Of a stretch of DNA of 64,000 nucleotides, positions 12,792 to 28,929 are shown one piece after another (position 1 is the first letter of the stretch; the number at the start of each line of letters is the position of its first letter). The stretch is from Eledone cirrhosa (lineage: Eukaryota): the NCBI GenBank assembly GCA_964016885.1, contig OZ024741.1:137330001-137394000 (forward strand), given 5' to 3'. The notes beneath the pieces were generated by a model. That model worked only from the letters and a program-made list of their open reading frames with translations, had not been told where the DNA came from and did no database searches. The translations under genes were made by a program, and so were the position numbers.

Positions 12792-13932
12792 TTAGGGTGT
12801 TTGCTCACGAGTGTAAGATAGTGAGTTCGATTCCAGGCTGCGCAATGTGTCCTGGCAAGATAATTCATTTCACAGTTTTCCAGTCCACTCAAATAACAAA
12901 ATTGGTTTGAAACTGTAATTCACACACTGTGTTACTATAAATCCCCCCAAGATTTGCATTAAAGGTAAATGTGTATGTGGAACGCTCAGCCACTTAAATA
13001 TTAATTTCCCAACGTGATTACACGTGGTTGGAAACGAACACGAATTCTCCTTCTTTAGTTGCACAGAGAAGTTTCAATAGTTGATATCCTATTATCCATA
13101 TTCAAATTATATTAGTTACCTATTCTTTATATGGAAGCATCTATTTCTGGGGAAGCAGGTAGAGGTGAAACTAATGAAGGATAACATGTTTGAAAGCTGA
13201 ATTATCTTTTCACATCTATTTGCTTGCGACCTGGAATATATGCTTAAGTTTCCGTTAACATCAACTGCATATTAAATACCGAACATAACCTTAAAATAAC
13301 ACATTTGAGTCGGTAGTAAACATACTATATTAGCCTAATCCTAAACTAACGCAGTGCTTCAGAAGTTTTCACTACCAAGGACTCCTATTACTAAAATGAA
13401 TTTTTCCCCGTATAGCCTCCCACTTGTGACGACCGAGAAATGATATCACTAATGGGAGGCCTGATGGAAACATTGTTTCCTTGATCCGATTTGATGATCG
13501 GATCTTTTCATTTTATATAGTTTCATATAGGAATTCCCCTATCACTTTATACGTAATCTTGTTTGATAAATGCGTTCATACATTTGTTATACAGCAAGAA
13601 TAACAATAAAAAGAATGTATGCTTAGACGAGAATGGATACCCAATAGCGTGTGCACATTATGTTTTTAACAAAATGCTTGAAATGTTGACACTTACCTCA
13701 TGGCACCCAATACTAAATGTTATTTATAATGTATTAATTATTTTGAAATATTGTCTCTCCAGAATTCATCGCAAGAATCTTCATTATAATTAATGTGGCA
13801 TATTTTGATTGTGTAAAGGAACATGTTATCCGCAAAGTTTTATTTTAAACAAACATTCCATTACAAACAAACAAATTTAGCAAATATTTTGGAGGCTCCA
13901 AAAGTTAAGAAACCAATATATATATGTGTGTG

Positions 13933-14003
<71 letters not shown>

Positions 14004-14842
14004 GCGTGCGTGTTTGATTCTGTTAGGGGAAAGAATAAAAAGAATAATAGATAACTTCAAACAAACAAACAACAGCAACAATATCAAAACATGTGAAGTG
14101 ATCATGCTTTATTTTCCCTAATTATTTCTTTGTGTAAAAGGGGGAGATAATTAAGTATTTTTGCTTTGAATTTATTTTTTGTTTTGTTATTGAGATAGTT
14201 TTTATGCGTTGTTGCTTATGTTTTTTTGCTTGAGATGTTTATTTTGAATTTTGTTATTATAGCGATGTTTTTATACTTTACACCATTAACCATATTATTA
14301 GTCTTATTTTATTATTATTATCATTGTTATTATTATTATTTCCATTGTTGTTGTTGTTGTTGTTTAATCTCATCTAATTTCAAGACTAATTCGTTCTGAG
14401 AGGGAATCACATGTATGTGAAGATGGAGAATTCTAAAAAAAAATTGTAATTGGAAACTAGAATAATGAAAGTTTGCGTGATTTAAAGTATAACAACAGCA
14501 ACAATGACAACAACATGTGAGATATTTTACATGTGTAATCAAATTCCAAGATGGCGAATTGGCAGAATCGTTTGAACGTTGGATAATAGGCTTTTGAGGT
14601 ATTTGTTGTGCCTCTCGACGTTCTCATTTCAACAATTTTGAAAAATAAATAAATTAATTTCAGTTTTATTGAGGATCGTTTTTATTATCCTGGTTTGATT
14701 CAGCGGTTGTTGAGGGGGCGGTCAATGGGAGATCTGCAGTTACAGTTCGTCAGAGATCTACCAGGGGTGCCGTAGGGTGTGGTGTTCGATGCGAAAGAGG
14801 GGATATTGTATTGGGGGTTCAGATTATATATATATATATTGA

Positions 14843-15710
<868 letters not shown>

Positions 15711-15845
15711 CATTCATTTATTATGGCTATTGGTGAGCTTTGTTACTCTAAAGTTTCACCTGTGCACTCACAGGATCACCAGTCTTGTCTGATGAGTAAG
15801 CAGGTGAGCCTCAAGAATAACAAAGCTAAGCCATAATAAATGAAT
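15711..15845. mobile_element. Degenerate fold-back pair of hammerhead motifs
   Basis: The plus arm keeps CTGATGA (15789) but has GAGCC for GAAAC. The minus arm keeps GAAAC..GTA but has CTGTGA. Both end in gccataataaatgaat. Confidence 0.6.
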
Positions 15846-16129
15846 ATTTAAACTCTACTTCAGTATTGATTTCTCGTTCTTACGTGCGTCAATAATTCAC
15901 GTACTCTCAGGTATTGAATAATCGCCCCCCCCCCCCCTCCCGCTTATTAATTTGTCAGACACCCCCCGGTTTTTATTCCACCCAACCCCCACGCTTATTA
16001 AATTTTGCTAATCTATCTCCGGCGAAATTTTAATTTTAAAGTGATTCCTATTGATACAGAAGCTGGAGAATCTAATGATAAATTTATTTTAATTAAAAAA
16101 ACAAACATTATATATGACAAAAGAAGAAC

Positions 16130-16460
16130 ATTACATCAATATCTCCCTCCTCTCTATATCTAATATGCATCACACTCTCTCAACCTTCCTTTCTATATCA
16201 ATTACCACCAAATTCTCCTCCTCTCTATATCTACCATACAGCACTCTCTCATTCCATTCATCATTATCAAACTTTCCCTCTATATATCTACTATACAACA
16301 CTCTCTCTCTCATTCCTTTTCACTCTATTCATTACCACCAAAATCTCCCCCTCTCTACATCAACCATACAACACTCTCTCCCAACCTTTCTCTCTATATC
16401 AATTACCACCAAATTCTCACCCCTCTCTATATCTGTATCTATCTCTCCCATCTGTCTCTA
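16130..16460. repeat. Degenerate pyrimidine-rich tandem repeat
   Basis: Recurring ctctctatatc, attaccaccaaa and caacactctctc blocks. Confidence 0.7.
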
Positions 16461-17012
16461 TATAACCTGTACATAAATTCAACCCCTTCTTGCACCCCTC
16501 TCAGTCCACTGCCCCTGATTGGTATTGAGCGTCTGTTCAACTGTCCATTATGCTGTTGGTTCATTGCTAATGTCTATCTCTCTGTTTGTTTATTCTTGTC
16601 TTAATTTTGCAAATCAAATAGAATCAATTAGTGTTTTTTATGGGTGTTCGGACATTTGAGCACAGAGGGGTAATTTGAAAAAAATTATCTTTGGTCTGTG
16701 ATCATATGTTGTCAAACACTTAAAAAAAGAATATTTTATATATTTTTAAATTGATATTTTCCGGGGGGGGCTCCGGAATCTAACCTTGCCTAGGGTGCCA
16801 GATAGTCTGGCGTCGACCCTGGGTACATACATGTATGTAATCCCATTCCAGGTGCGTGTGTAAATGTGTGTATTGGTGCACGTTTGATGTTTTATTTACG
16901 GCACTGCCAAACGTCCCTCAATCGCATACTATTTTCAAAATCATGAAATAGTGAAACCTGGTAAGTTAATGTAAGTATATCTTCTTAAGCACTCGGATGC
17001 TTTTGTAACTTC

Positions 17013-17094
<82 letters not shown>

Positions 17095-17182
17095 ATGTAG
17101 GAGGTGAGTTTTATTGTAGTACAATAAAGCAATGCAGATATCGGATAAGAAGCACTCTACAGTTTGTAGGACTAGAGTATAC

Positions 17183-17385
17183 ATAATATATAAGAACAAA
17201 AGATGGTTAAAGGAGTTCCATGTATTTTATTATGCGCATTTCAAAAACAAATATCATCATGCAATAATATTTGTGTTTTATCTGATGAAAACACAAATAT
17301 TATTGCATGATGATATTTGTTTTTGAAATGCGCATAATAAAATACATGGAACTCCTTTAACCATCTTTCGTTCTTATATATTATA
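17183..17385. mobile_element. Near-perfect hairpin with about 95-bp arms whose centre is a hammerhead core
   Basis: Plus strand: ttttat-CTGATGA(17282)-aaacacaaatatt..tatttgttttt-GAAAT-GCGC-ATA-ataaaa. The left arm is the reverse complement of the sequence after the core. Confidence 0.85.
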
Positions 17386-17699
17386 TTTATATATATATAT
17401 ATATAGGAAAAGTGTCAGGACCCCGACGACTGAGCTCTGCCGTTTCGACAGCTAGATCCGAACCACACATACACATATATATTTAACATAGAAATGGCTT
17501 CTAGAAGACTAGAACTGTTTCTGATGATGATTTCTCCCGAATATATACGAAACATAAATGAGAAAACAACACAAGGGGACGGTACAGTACAATGAATATA
17601 TGTATTAGTTTAACGCTTGCTATTGTAGAAAAAAATCTTTAAGGTTTTTGGATGTTGCACCTTCTTCAGAGGGTAGAATGAGTGATAACATAAATAAAA

Positions 17700-17817
17700 T
17701 AATTGTTTCTACTTTTGGCACAAGGCCACCAATTACCCAGTGCATTACTGGTACTTTATTTTATCGACCCCGTAAGGATGAAAGGCAAAGTAAACCTCGG
17801 CGGGATTTGAACTCAGA
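17700..17817 (-). mobile_element. Nin-domain-like SINE, 3' part
   Basis: Near-identical to 10073-10190. Further partial or degenerate copies at about 14550-14640, 18400-18580, 19595-19671, 22770-22866, 36270-36790, 38720-38860 and 56560-56620. Confidence 0.85.
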
Positions 17818-19073
17818 ATAACATAATTAAAATAATAGATGATAGTAAGAAGAGGGAGATACATAAAAAAGCTTGTTACATGCAATTCCACCAATCCAAA
17901 CTTAATGGATACATTAATATAGAAATAAAAGCAAATAACAAAAGACGCATATCAACTAATATTGTTATTAAAATGAAAAATACAAGCCGAACACGAAAGT
18001 GGGAGATAATTATATGAAACAATGAAATAAAACATGTCAGTATTACACTTCTAAATAACGTGTCAGCTATAAACACATGAATTGAAGCATTAAAAACACA
18101 GTAAAGTGATAATTTAAGGCCGGTGGGATTTTCAACCACTAGCGAAATGGAGGAAAGTAATAACTATAAGGCATTTGGTCCTCAATTACTCTCCACAGAA
18201 TCATCAATTACTATAATGAATGACACCAACAGGCATCCAAAAAACATTAAATATTACATTTAGTCACTACATTAATACATTTAACATCGCAAATATGAAA
18301 ATCAGTGAAAAAAACGAAGGAAAATAAAAAACGAAAAAAGTAAGAGAAAACAGGTAACATTTCCAAAATACAATGGTCTTGCGTTTTGTATAAATGATAG
18401 TTTCTGACAGTAATTTTATAGTTAAGGGAATGTCGATTATATCATCCCCAATAGTTGACTGGTACTTTATTTTCTCGACGCCGGAGTGATGAAAAGTGAA
18501 GTTCTATCGTAAGGAGCTGGAACAAATGCTACAAAGAAATTTGTCCGACGCTCTAACGATTCAGTTAATCCAACACCGCCAGTTAGTATGAATAATTCCT
18601 ATTAATAGTAACTCATTAATAGTAACGTAGTTCAGGCAAGAGGCAGTGGGTAGATGGAGTAAACCTCAATACAGTAGTTTAGTATAAATATAAAGAAACA
18701 ATGATTGAAACACACAAAACAAATGCAGGTACATATAGACGATAGTGAACAAAACATGGTTCTATATACTAAATTCTACATTAAACAGCTCTTGTGCTGT
18801 TGTTACTGTTTTTCATAATAAAAATCCTAATGACGACGACCACGATGATGATGATGACGATGATGATGACGATGATGATGATGATGACGACGATGATGAT
18901 ATTGACGATGATGATGATGACGATGAAGAGGATGATTAGAATGATGAGGATGATGATGCGTAACTCGTGTAAAATTACGATTATAAAATAACACCATACG
19001 TATTGAGTCTTGTTTCTTCCGTTTGTACCGACACACCCACACACAGACACACGCACACACACAGACGACTACA

Positions 19074-19172
<99 letters not shown>

Positions 19173-19518
19173 CATACGTACATTAATATATGTGTTAGTA
19201 GTTATGAAGAGACAGTTCTATATTTTCATTTAGTTTATTGTAATTATATATCCTTTATGCCCATTTCAGAGGCATTGGACAGTGATTACGTAATGATTAC
19301 GTAAGTATAAAACGTCGACGTCAGCAGTGATGAATATTATATTTTATGTGCCGACTATGGAGCACGAGATGTAGCCAACTGGATAAGACCGATTTTTAAA
19401 AATTTTTTATTCCTTTTCTTTATTTATACGATTTATATATAGGAGTGACAATAGTGATTATGATATTTATGGTTGTAACAAAAAATAATGCTGATGGTGA
19501 CAATAGTGCTGTTGATCG

Positions 19519-19567
<49 letters not shown>

Positions 19568-19677
19568 AATGATAATGATAATAATATTAATAATAATTGT
19601 TTCTACTTTTTGGCACAAGGCCGGGAATTAGCCAGTGCATTACTGGTACTTTATTTTATCGACCCCGTAAGAATAAT

Positions 19678-19712
<35 letters not shown>

Positions 19713-19720
19713 TGAGGATG

Positions 19721-19752
<32 letters not shown>

Positions 19753-20090
19753 AATAATAACAACAACAATAATAATGACACTATTTAGTGTTATAATTAT
19801 ATTAGAAGAGTTTGAGAATGTGTTTTACGTAAATGTAAAATGAAAAAAATATGTGAAAGCAAATGAGTGGCTGAACGTTGGTTAAGGTGACGAGATGGAA
19901 AGAAAGAAGACGTCTGAGGTAGATTTTAGATGAGGAAATTAGTAACACACGAAAACACTTATACTTAGGTAATTACATATAGATATGAAAATATATAGAT
20001 ATATATTATGTACATTAAATAATCATACATATCTATATGTATGTATCCATCTCACTCTTCTTTGTCTGTCTGTCTGTCTGTCTGTCTGTG

Positions 20091-20152
<62 letters not shown>

Positions 20153-20157
20153 CATAC

Positions 20158-20231
<74 letters not shown>

Positions 20232-20272
20232 ATATATATCTATATATATACTTATATATGTACATACACACA

Positions 20273-21013
<741 letters not shown>

Positions 21014-21211
21014 TAGATAGATTGAATGACTTTATATATTTCATGCATGTATATATATATATAATAAATACTGTATATATAGATATAAATATATATGTAT
21101 ATATTAACACAAATATGCACACTCATACACACAAACATTCAAAAACAGACATATATATATATATATGTGTGTTAGTGAGTATGTGTGTGTGTGCACGTTT
21201 GTGTCAATATG

Positions 21212-21348
<137 letters not shown>

Positions 21349-21375
21349 CAGATGTCTTAACCTTTCACTCGATTC

Positions 21376-21403
21376 TCTCCTGATGAAGAACTACCGTGCG
21401 AAA

Positions 21404-21408
<5 letters not shown>
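21376..21408 (+). ncRNA. Truncated hammerhead motif, same family as 55935-55970
   Basis: CTGATGA-agaactaccgtgc-GAAAC-atc between two (TA)n tracts. Confidence 0.5.
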
Positions 21409-21444
<36 letters not shown>

Positions 21445-21748
21445 AACGGTAACAATGAAACGAAATTTCATTTCTCACTCTTAGTACGGCTGTTACTTAA
21501 ATATAAGTATGTATACGTACAGTAGTATGTATATATTTATACATACATGCACACATATGAACAAATGACCAACGATGGTTGCTAGACACTGTACGGCTTA
21601 ATTCGGGATGTTTGTTTACAAACACACCGAGCATTATAATAAATGTTCGGTGAATCCATAGGTACATATATATATATGTGTGCATGTATGTATATATATA
21701 TACATACTACTGTACGTCTGTATACATATATGTATGTACGTATACATA

Positions 21749-21814
<66 letters not shown>

Positions 21815-22013
21815 ACAATATTGACGAAGAACGGTGGTGTAAATACAGCGTCCTTCAGCCAGCGTCTAGCTCACTCAACAAATCTAGTGAATTGCAGTTA
21901 TGTAGCTGCAATCATCTCTTCAGAGTGCACACACATTTAGTTTTACTGTAGAGCGTTGGCGGTGCTGTTAATTGGAGTATATATATTCAGAAGAAGAAGG
22001 TGTAGGTGTAAAA

Positions 22014-22085
22014 AGCAAACTCACTATCTTCGATTCAATATTCGTGCCAAACCTCACGTATGGTCATGAGTCTTGGGTAATGAAA
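22014..22085 (+). pseudogene. RTE-clade LINE relic
   Basis: Translates SKLTIFDSIFVPNLTYGHESWVMK, typical of the RTE post-RT region. Confidence 0.65.
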
Positions 22086-22421
22086 GTTCAAATTCCGTAA
22101 CGTTATCTATTGGAACTCTACCAATCACATGAACAATAAAACAAGGAAGCGACTTATATTCAGGTAACAAATTGGCAGAATTTTAATTACATCTGATGGA
22201 ATGCTCCGCGTTAATCATTCCGGTTCTCTGAAATCAAATGTTCCCTAAGTGAAATCTGCTTTTCGGTGTCGATAATCAAAGTAGCAGTCAAGTACTCAAG
22301 AACATTGATTTCTGTAATATTTTGTTACATTTTATAAATGAAAATGCTTGACAGTCAAAGTTAACTGTTGTGATAAATAAATAAGCAAATATTTCATTTG
22401 GTCGTCTACAGAAATAATGTA

Positions 22422-22765
<344 letters not shown>

Positions 22766-23070
22766 ACTGCCGAGGTTAACTTTGCCTTTCATCCTTACGG
22801 GGTCGATAAAATAAAGTACCAGTAATGTACTGAGTAATTGCTGGCCTTGTGCCTAAAGTAGAAACAATTACTATTATTATTATTATTATTATTATTACTA
22901 TATATATATATATATATATATAGTATTTACGTATCGAGAAAGAGAGAAAAAGGAGGGATAGGTGATACATATAGTTATTTGCCAAGTAGCGTATGCCAAA
23001 GGTGCTCGATACTAGTGCCGGCAGTATTAAATATTCGAAGTGTTAATATTTAGTGGGCTAGAGAGTTAGC

Positions 23071-23627
23071 AGAGCGTAAGCACGTGGGAAAGTAAAAAAT
23101 CGGAGAATAGACCGTTAAAACATGTTTATAACTGCACCCCACGAGCTCATCAACAGCAGAGCTGAAACAGCGATAAGTTGTACACATCGCTTAAAAATAT
23201 CCTTCTTTAGATGGGTTAAGAATGAAGAGTGAAATAGTACACTGGATCTCCCTGCAACAAGTCTTAACACCCCGGCGGGCAGGCGCAGCAAAATAACACC
23301 CAGAAAACAATCCTTGCATACCAGACCCAGCCTCAGACAAACGGATGCGGAAAAAAAAAAAAAAAAAAAAAAAAAAATTATCCAGGAAAGTCTGCCCTTA
23401 CACCGGCCAGAGTTACCTCCCTTGACCTGCTGCAAAATCAAAACAAGATATTTTTGCGAGCAATGAATCTTGATGTAGATTTAACCCCCCAAACTCTTTC
23501 CGAACTATATAAGGAACACTTGTGATTATTTATGCCCTTGAGAATCCCAACTGGGCGAAACGTACGTAGGTGATATTTTAAATAAACATGTTTTAACGGT
23601 CTATTCTCCGATTCTTTACTTTCCCAC

Positions 23628-23630
<3 letters not shown>
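23071..23630 (+). mobile_element. Element with about 55-bp inverted ends and a U3-A8 variant hammerhead at 23535-23570
   Basis: acgtgggaaagtaaa..aaacatgtttat mirrors 23583-23629. The motif is cc-TTGAGAA-tccc-aact-gggc-GAAAC-GTAC-GTA-gg, followed by AATAAA and (TA)n. Confidence 0.7.
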
Positions 23631-23703
<73 letters not shown>

Positions 23704-24582
23704 TGACTATATCTCTCTATATATATCTATATATCTATATATATTGACTATATATATATTACACTTGACTATATCTTATACACCTTTAAAATGATCCTAT
23801 TATTTACTGAGTACTTTCTTTAAAAATTTAAATTTAAATTTTTTTAAATGATCTTACTTCTTAATTTTGTAATATTTTTGTAATATTTTTGTAATATTTT
23901 TACTATTTTTACCATTTGATATTATTTTCGTAATGATACCCCTCTAAATATATATTTTAGATGTAGATTGATAATCTTTAATTGTCATTCTGAAGGTTTA
24001 TCCTCTTTACGATAGTTCTTCGAAAGACACATTACTTTTTCGCTCTTCTTTGATCTTCAAACTTTCACACATCTTTCGAATAATATATAATTAAAATTAA
24101 TCTCACACGAAATAATATATCATTTTCTCTATATATTTTCTGAGTAAATCCTTCATCAAATTTAACGGTTAGCAAACTAGATTGGAGTTATCCTTTCCTT
24201 TTCAATCGTGCAAACATAGACATTATATTATAATATAATATGTATGATAAACTATATAACTTCACTAAATTAAAAATATTATGAAAACTTTTCAATGTTG
24301 GAACAAAATATTTGAATCTATAAATTGTTCCCCTCTTACAACTTGAACTACGTGATTTTATGTAAAATGCAGAATCAATATCCTTCGTAACTCATATGAG
24401 AAATGTAAACAACTAATAATTGTAACTTATTTCTATTTATATAATACTTATACATTCACAATTATTAATCTGTATAGATATTTATATACTTACAACCTGT
24501 TGTAATGTAATAAGATAAAATATACTTACAACCATAATTCTTCATATAATCTAATTGACTATATATACAATTTTATAACCCA

Positions 24583-25167
24583 CTAGCAGTGGTACCCGGC
24601 GTTGCACGGGATAAGGTATTGTGAAATATATAACCGGCTTAGCTAAGCTTAGCATTGCCACAACCACGGCTGGCAAAGAAGTAAGGGTCTGGCGGTACGT
24701 AAGTAAGCAACATTGTGGCTTAAAACGTGAGGAAGAAGTTGTGTGCACTTACCAACTGTTTGGAGAATGAGTGTGAGATTTGTCTTGAGCAAGGGTGGCA
24801 GAATAACCGGAGGCAGCAGACAGCCAGACAGACAGCCATATATTATAAGGGCGCGTTCTGGACGCAGAGCGAATTGTAGGAAGTGGCGTAATGCAGACAA
24901 CCAGACATACAGATATTATAAGGGCGCGATGTTTAGTATCTATCTAAAAAGAGAAATACTAAGAATTATAGAGAAAGATCGCTAAATCGCCTAATGCGGT
25001 CCCTAGGGCATTGAAAATTTGAAATTATTTTTGCTCAGAAGACTCCCTGAAACATAAGTATTACATGTGTAAAGTTTGAAAACTGCGGTTGGGTGCTTCT
25101 CTAGTTTTAGGGATTCAAACTCACACACACACACACAGACAGACATCCTCAGTTTTATATATATAGA
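24583..25167 (-). mobile_element. Complete non-autonomous Helitron
   Basis: Minus strand begins A|TCTATATATATAAAAC and ends with the hairpin cccgtgcaacgccggg, then CTAG|T. It is inserted between A and T. Confidence 0.88.
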
Positions 25168-25638
25168 TAATATAGATAAATAAATTTAAATTCTGGAATC
25201 ATATTCTACCATTCTAGCAAATTGTTAATTCCTTTTAAATTAACGTAAATACAAGCTCTTCTTTTTTTTTCTTCTTCCTACTTGTACATATATATATCCT
25301 AATTATTTAAATTCTGCATAGCGTCTAAACATAACGTTTTTTCAGCCCTATACCTCAACCTCATTTGCATACTCATCTTAATAATTTGAAATATATGACT
25401 TTTCTTCTCTTTTCCAAGAAAAACTTGAACCGTTAAGGTATCTTTTCTTGGTTATGTCAACATTTATAAAACAAACTTTGTATTTTATCTGATGAGGGCG
25501 TACCAAAGTTTTGGTACCCTTGAAATATATATAACAGAATAAATATGGTTTTATAAATATAGTTTCCATTTATTTAATATCATCATATATATCCTTATCG
25601 AGCCCTCTTTGGATTTTAGTCTTCAAATTTATTATTAT

Positions 25639-25715
<77 letters not shown>

Positions 25716-25719
25716 TACA

Positions 25720-26401
25720 TACTATACTATAAAGCTGACGGTCGTATGTAGGTAACAAACTTTCCGCCAAACGGCTGGACCAAACAGCACCAAATTTGCA
25801 CCATAGATGTAACTTTTTCCAAGTAAAAAAGTGTGGGTATTTTCGTCTACTGAATTTTGTTAAAAGATTAAAAACATTATTCAAATATTCACTTCTTTAA
25901 AATGTTCAAATGTCAACACTTCCGGTTATACGACATTCCTAACGTCTTTATGAACCAAAGTATCATCTTCATGTTTTCTTTCGGTTGCAACGTTTTTCAA
26001 AATATTTACTTCTGCGTTCACAGATCTATTTTTTTAGATTCAGAAGATCCCGTTAAGGGTGAAAGCAGCGATTCTTTGCTTAAACTTTAATTTGTTATTT
26101 TAATATATATAAATATATAATTATATATTCGTGTACAGATATTTTTGCATACACAAAAACAAATTATAAACAAACGTATTTATTTCACGAAAGCACAGAC
26201 GGCTTATCGTCATTGTTACTGCCGATATGCCACCCAAAAGTCCTAGCCTGGCCGCAAGATCAGATTCTCCAGAAGAAAGAATGTTACTAGAGCAACAGAG
26301 AGACTAAGCTTCGCGATTACCATCAACAAAGCTCAGGCTCAAACCCTAAAAGTGGCATCTGGGAAAACCATGGTCAATTGTATGTAGGATGCTCTAGGGT
26401 G
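25720..26401 (+). mobile_element. Helitron deletion derivative with PIF1-helicase C-terminal relic
   Basis: 26301-26401 encodes RLSFAITINKAQAQTLKVA and, in another frame, HGQLYVGCSRV (helicase motifs V and VI). A Helitron-like 5' region lies at about 25720. No 3' CTAG end found. Confidence 0.75.
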
Positions 26402-26965
26402 AGCTAAGGAAGAGGAGAGGAAGGAGAGAAGGAGAAAAGAAACCTACAATGAAAGAACATCTTAAAGTTTACCCAAGCCAAATGTTGTATTTATTAATAT
26501 TTCTATCTGTAGATTCTTAGCAAGCTTACTGGCGATTTAGTATGGTATTCAATTCTCATATCGTTTTTGATTGATATGGTGCATATATCGCAGCTATTCA
26601 TATGTTTTAAACATTAGATAACGATTGCTGATGTATATTGTACGACAGAATTAGCTGAAAAATATTTTGAATGAACAAATAAAAGAGAGATGTTTGTTGG
26701 TTGGTTCCTTCGCGTATCACACAAAAAAAAACGGAAAAGTGACAATCGGAAAGTATGTACAGGATTGGGATAAGAGTATATCCAGGAAAGTTTATTGATA
26801 CTAATTTTATAACACCAAAGAAGAAGAAAGACATACCACGTATGCTAACCAACCTGACTGCTATTTCTAGCAGGTTGGGAATCAACCATAAGGGATTCTC
26901 TCTGCGAGTTCGTTGTCAGTGATGATCGTGTTTCGCGGCCTATGTCTCCAATTCCAGCGGTGGAT

Positions 26966-27069
<104 letters not shown>

Positions 27070-27112
27070 CGCACGCACGCACGCACGCACGCACGCACAC
27101 ATACACACACAC

Positions 27113-27143
<31 letters not shown>

Positions 27144-27169
27144 CATATATACATATGGATGTATATATA

Positions 27170-27226
<57 letters not shown>

Positions 27227-27259
27227 ATCCACCCACACATCTGTCTCATATGTGCACAC

Positions 27260-27362
<103 letters not shown>

Positions 27363-27372
27363 AACGAGTAGG

Positions 27373-27468
27373 ACCCCAACGGCTGAGCTCAAGCCGTTTC
27401 GACGGCTAATTCTGGACTAAAAGAAAATTTTGATCCTGGTATTTGAATAGCCGAGCTTCTCAGGGGGT
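27373..27468 (-). ncRNA. Hammerhead-like motif with long stem III (relic copy at 17413-17455)
   Basis: acccc-CTGAGAA-gctcggcta..tagccgtc-GAAAC-GGCT-tgagctc-AGCC-GTT-ggggt. The G8 to A change and GUU triplet suggest it is impaired. Confidence 0.6.
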
Positions 27469-27599
27469 AATACCATATATGGTAAAAGTGATTGTCACAA
27501 GGATTGGTCAAAAGTTTGTTGTTGAGACATAATAATTCTATCATGGCAAATTGTGGAGGGAAAGGGTAGCTGAACCGGCCAGTAGAAGAAAGAGGGAGA

Positions 27600-28742
27600 G
27601 GGGTGGAGGAAACCCAGTCGTGCGTTGATAGTGCCAACTACAGCTGGGCAGGAGGACACCACCTTAAGCAATTGGAGCGTTTCCATCAGATGTGTCTCAG
27701 ACGGATCCATGGCGTTCACTGGAGGGACCACAGCAGTGATGTCGAGATTTTGGAAAGCTCTATGTGTGACAGTATAGAAGCTCTTGTAAAGTAGCTCTTG
27801 TACTTAAGCAACGACTCCGTTGGAGTGGTCACCTTGCCAGGATGAAGGATTCTAGAATACCAAAACAACTCTTTTATGGAGAGTTGGTTAAAGGAAAACG
27901 ACCGCCACATAAACCAAAAAAGAGGTATAAGGATTCCTTGAAAGCTTCTTTGAAAGACGCTAACATCTCTGCTGATACATGGGAAAATATTGCTGCTGAT
28001 CGTAATAAATGGAGAAAGACTGTATATGAGGGAAAAGTTGCCTTTGAGGCATCTCGAATCGCATTCGAGAAAGTAAAGCGGGATGTGAGGAAGGGCATTG
28101 CTGTTGCACTTCCAGACGGCGAGGGTCCTTCTATGGTGCTGACATGCAGCGTCTGTGCGAGACTCTGCCTAAGCAAAGCTGGACTCGAAAGTCATCTTCG
28201 CAGTCATAAAGTGAGACCAGTGGTTGACTACCAGGCTGCTGTTGGAGATGCTACTTATCATGCTTGCCAAACATGTGGTAGAGAATGTAAATCAGCAGGA
28301 GGGCTCAAGCGACATGCAAAAGTACACGAACTCCAACCACAGCCGACTATTCCCAGTGAATGTTTTGGTTGCCGACTCTGTGCAAGACATTTTAGATCAT
28401 TGGCTGGGCTAAAAAGCCACATTCGATCGCAGCGCTGTTAGTTGCTATCGTGTGTGTGTGTGTGTATAGATATGCTTATGTGTGTGCGTGTATTTGTATA
28501 TATATATGTATATGTATATTATTATTGTTGTTGTCGTTATTATTATTGTTATTAATGTATGTGTGTGTGTGTATATGTGTATGTATGTGTGTATGTATAG
28601 ATATATATATATTTCTTTTTTTTCTTTTTCTTTTCTTTTTTATTTATTTATTAATTTTTTTTATTTTTTTATTTTCTAATTTTTTAATATTTTTTTTTCT
28701 CCACGTGCAATGGCCATACTCGATTACGAGGGGGCAACCATC
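27600..28742 (+). mobile_element. 5'-truncated RTE-clade LINE ending in three C2H2 zinc fingers
   Basis: LERFHQMCLRRI, RIPKQLFYGEL and RYKDSLK, then three CxxC..H fingers in ORF 27842..28441. A terminal stem-loop lies at about 28712-28740. Confidence 0.85.
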
Positions 28743-28929
28743 ATATATATATATATATACCTTTCATTCATTTATATATATATATATATATACATATATA
28801 TATACACATCCTCCCACACATTCATACACGCGCATATCTAACTACGTATATACATAATATACGTACTTACACTCATACGTATACTGACGTATATATAAAT
28901 ATATATATAACGAACCATCTTCATCTTAC

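Noticed and set aside
15900-16821. DNA-transposon-like termini near 15902 and 16760-16821
   Set aside because: No matching partner TIR or TSD found, so no element could be delimited.
27842-28441. Host C2H2 zinc-finger gene
   Set aside because: No TGEKP linkers, and it is in frame with RTE C-terminal motifs.
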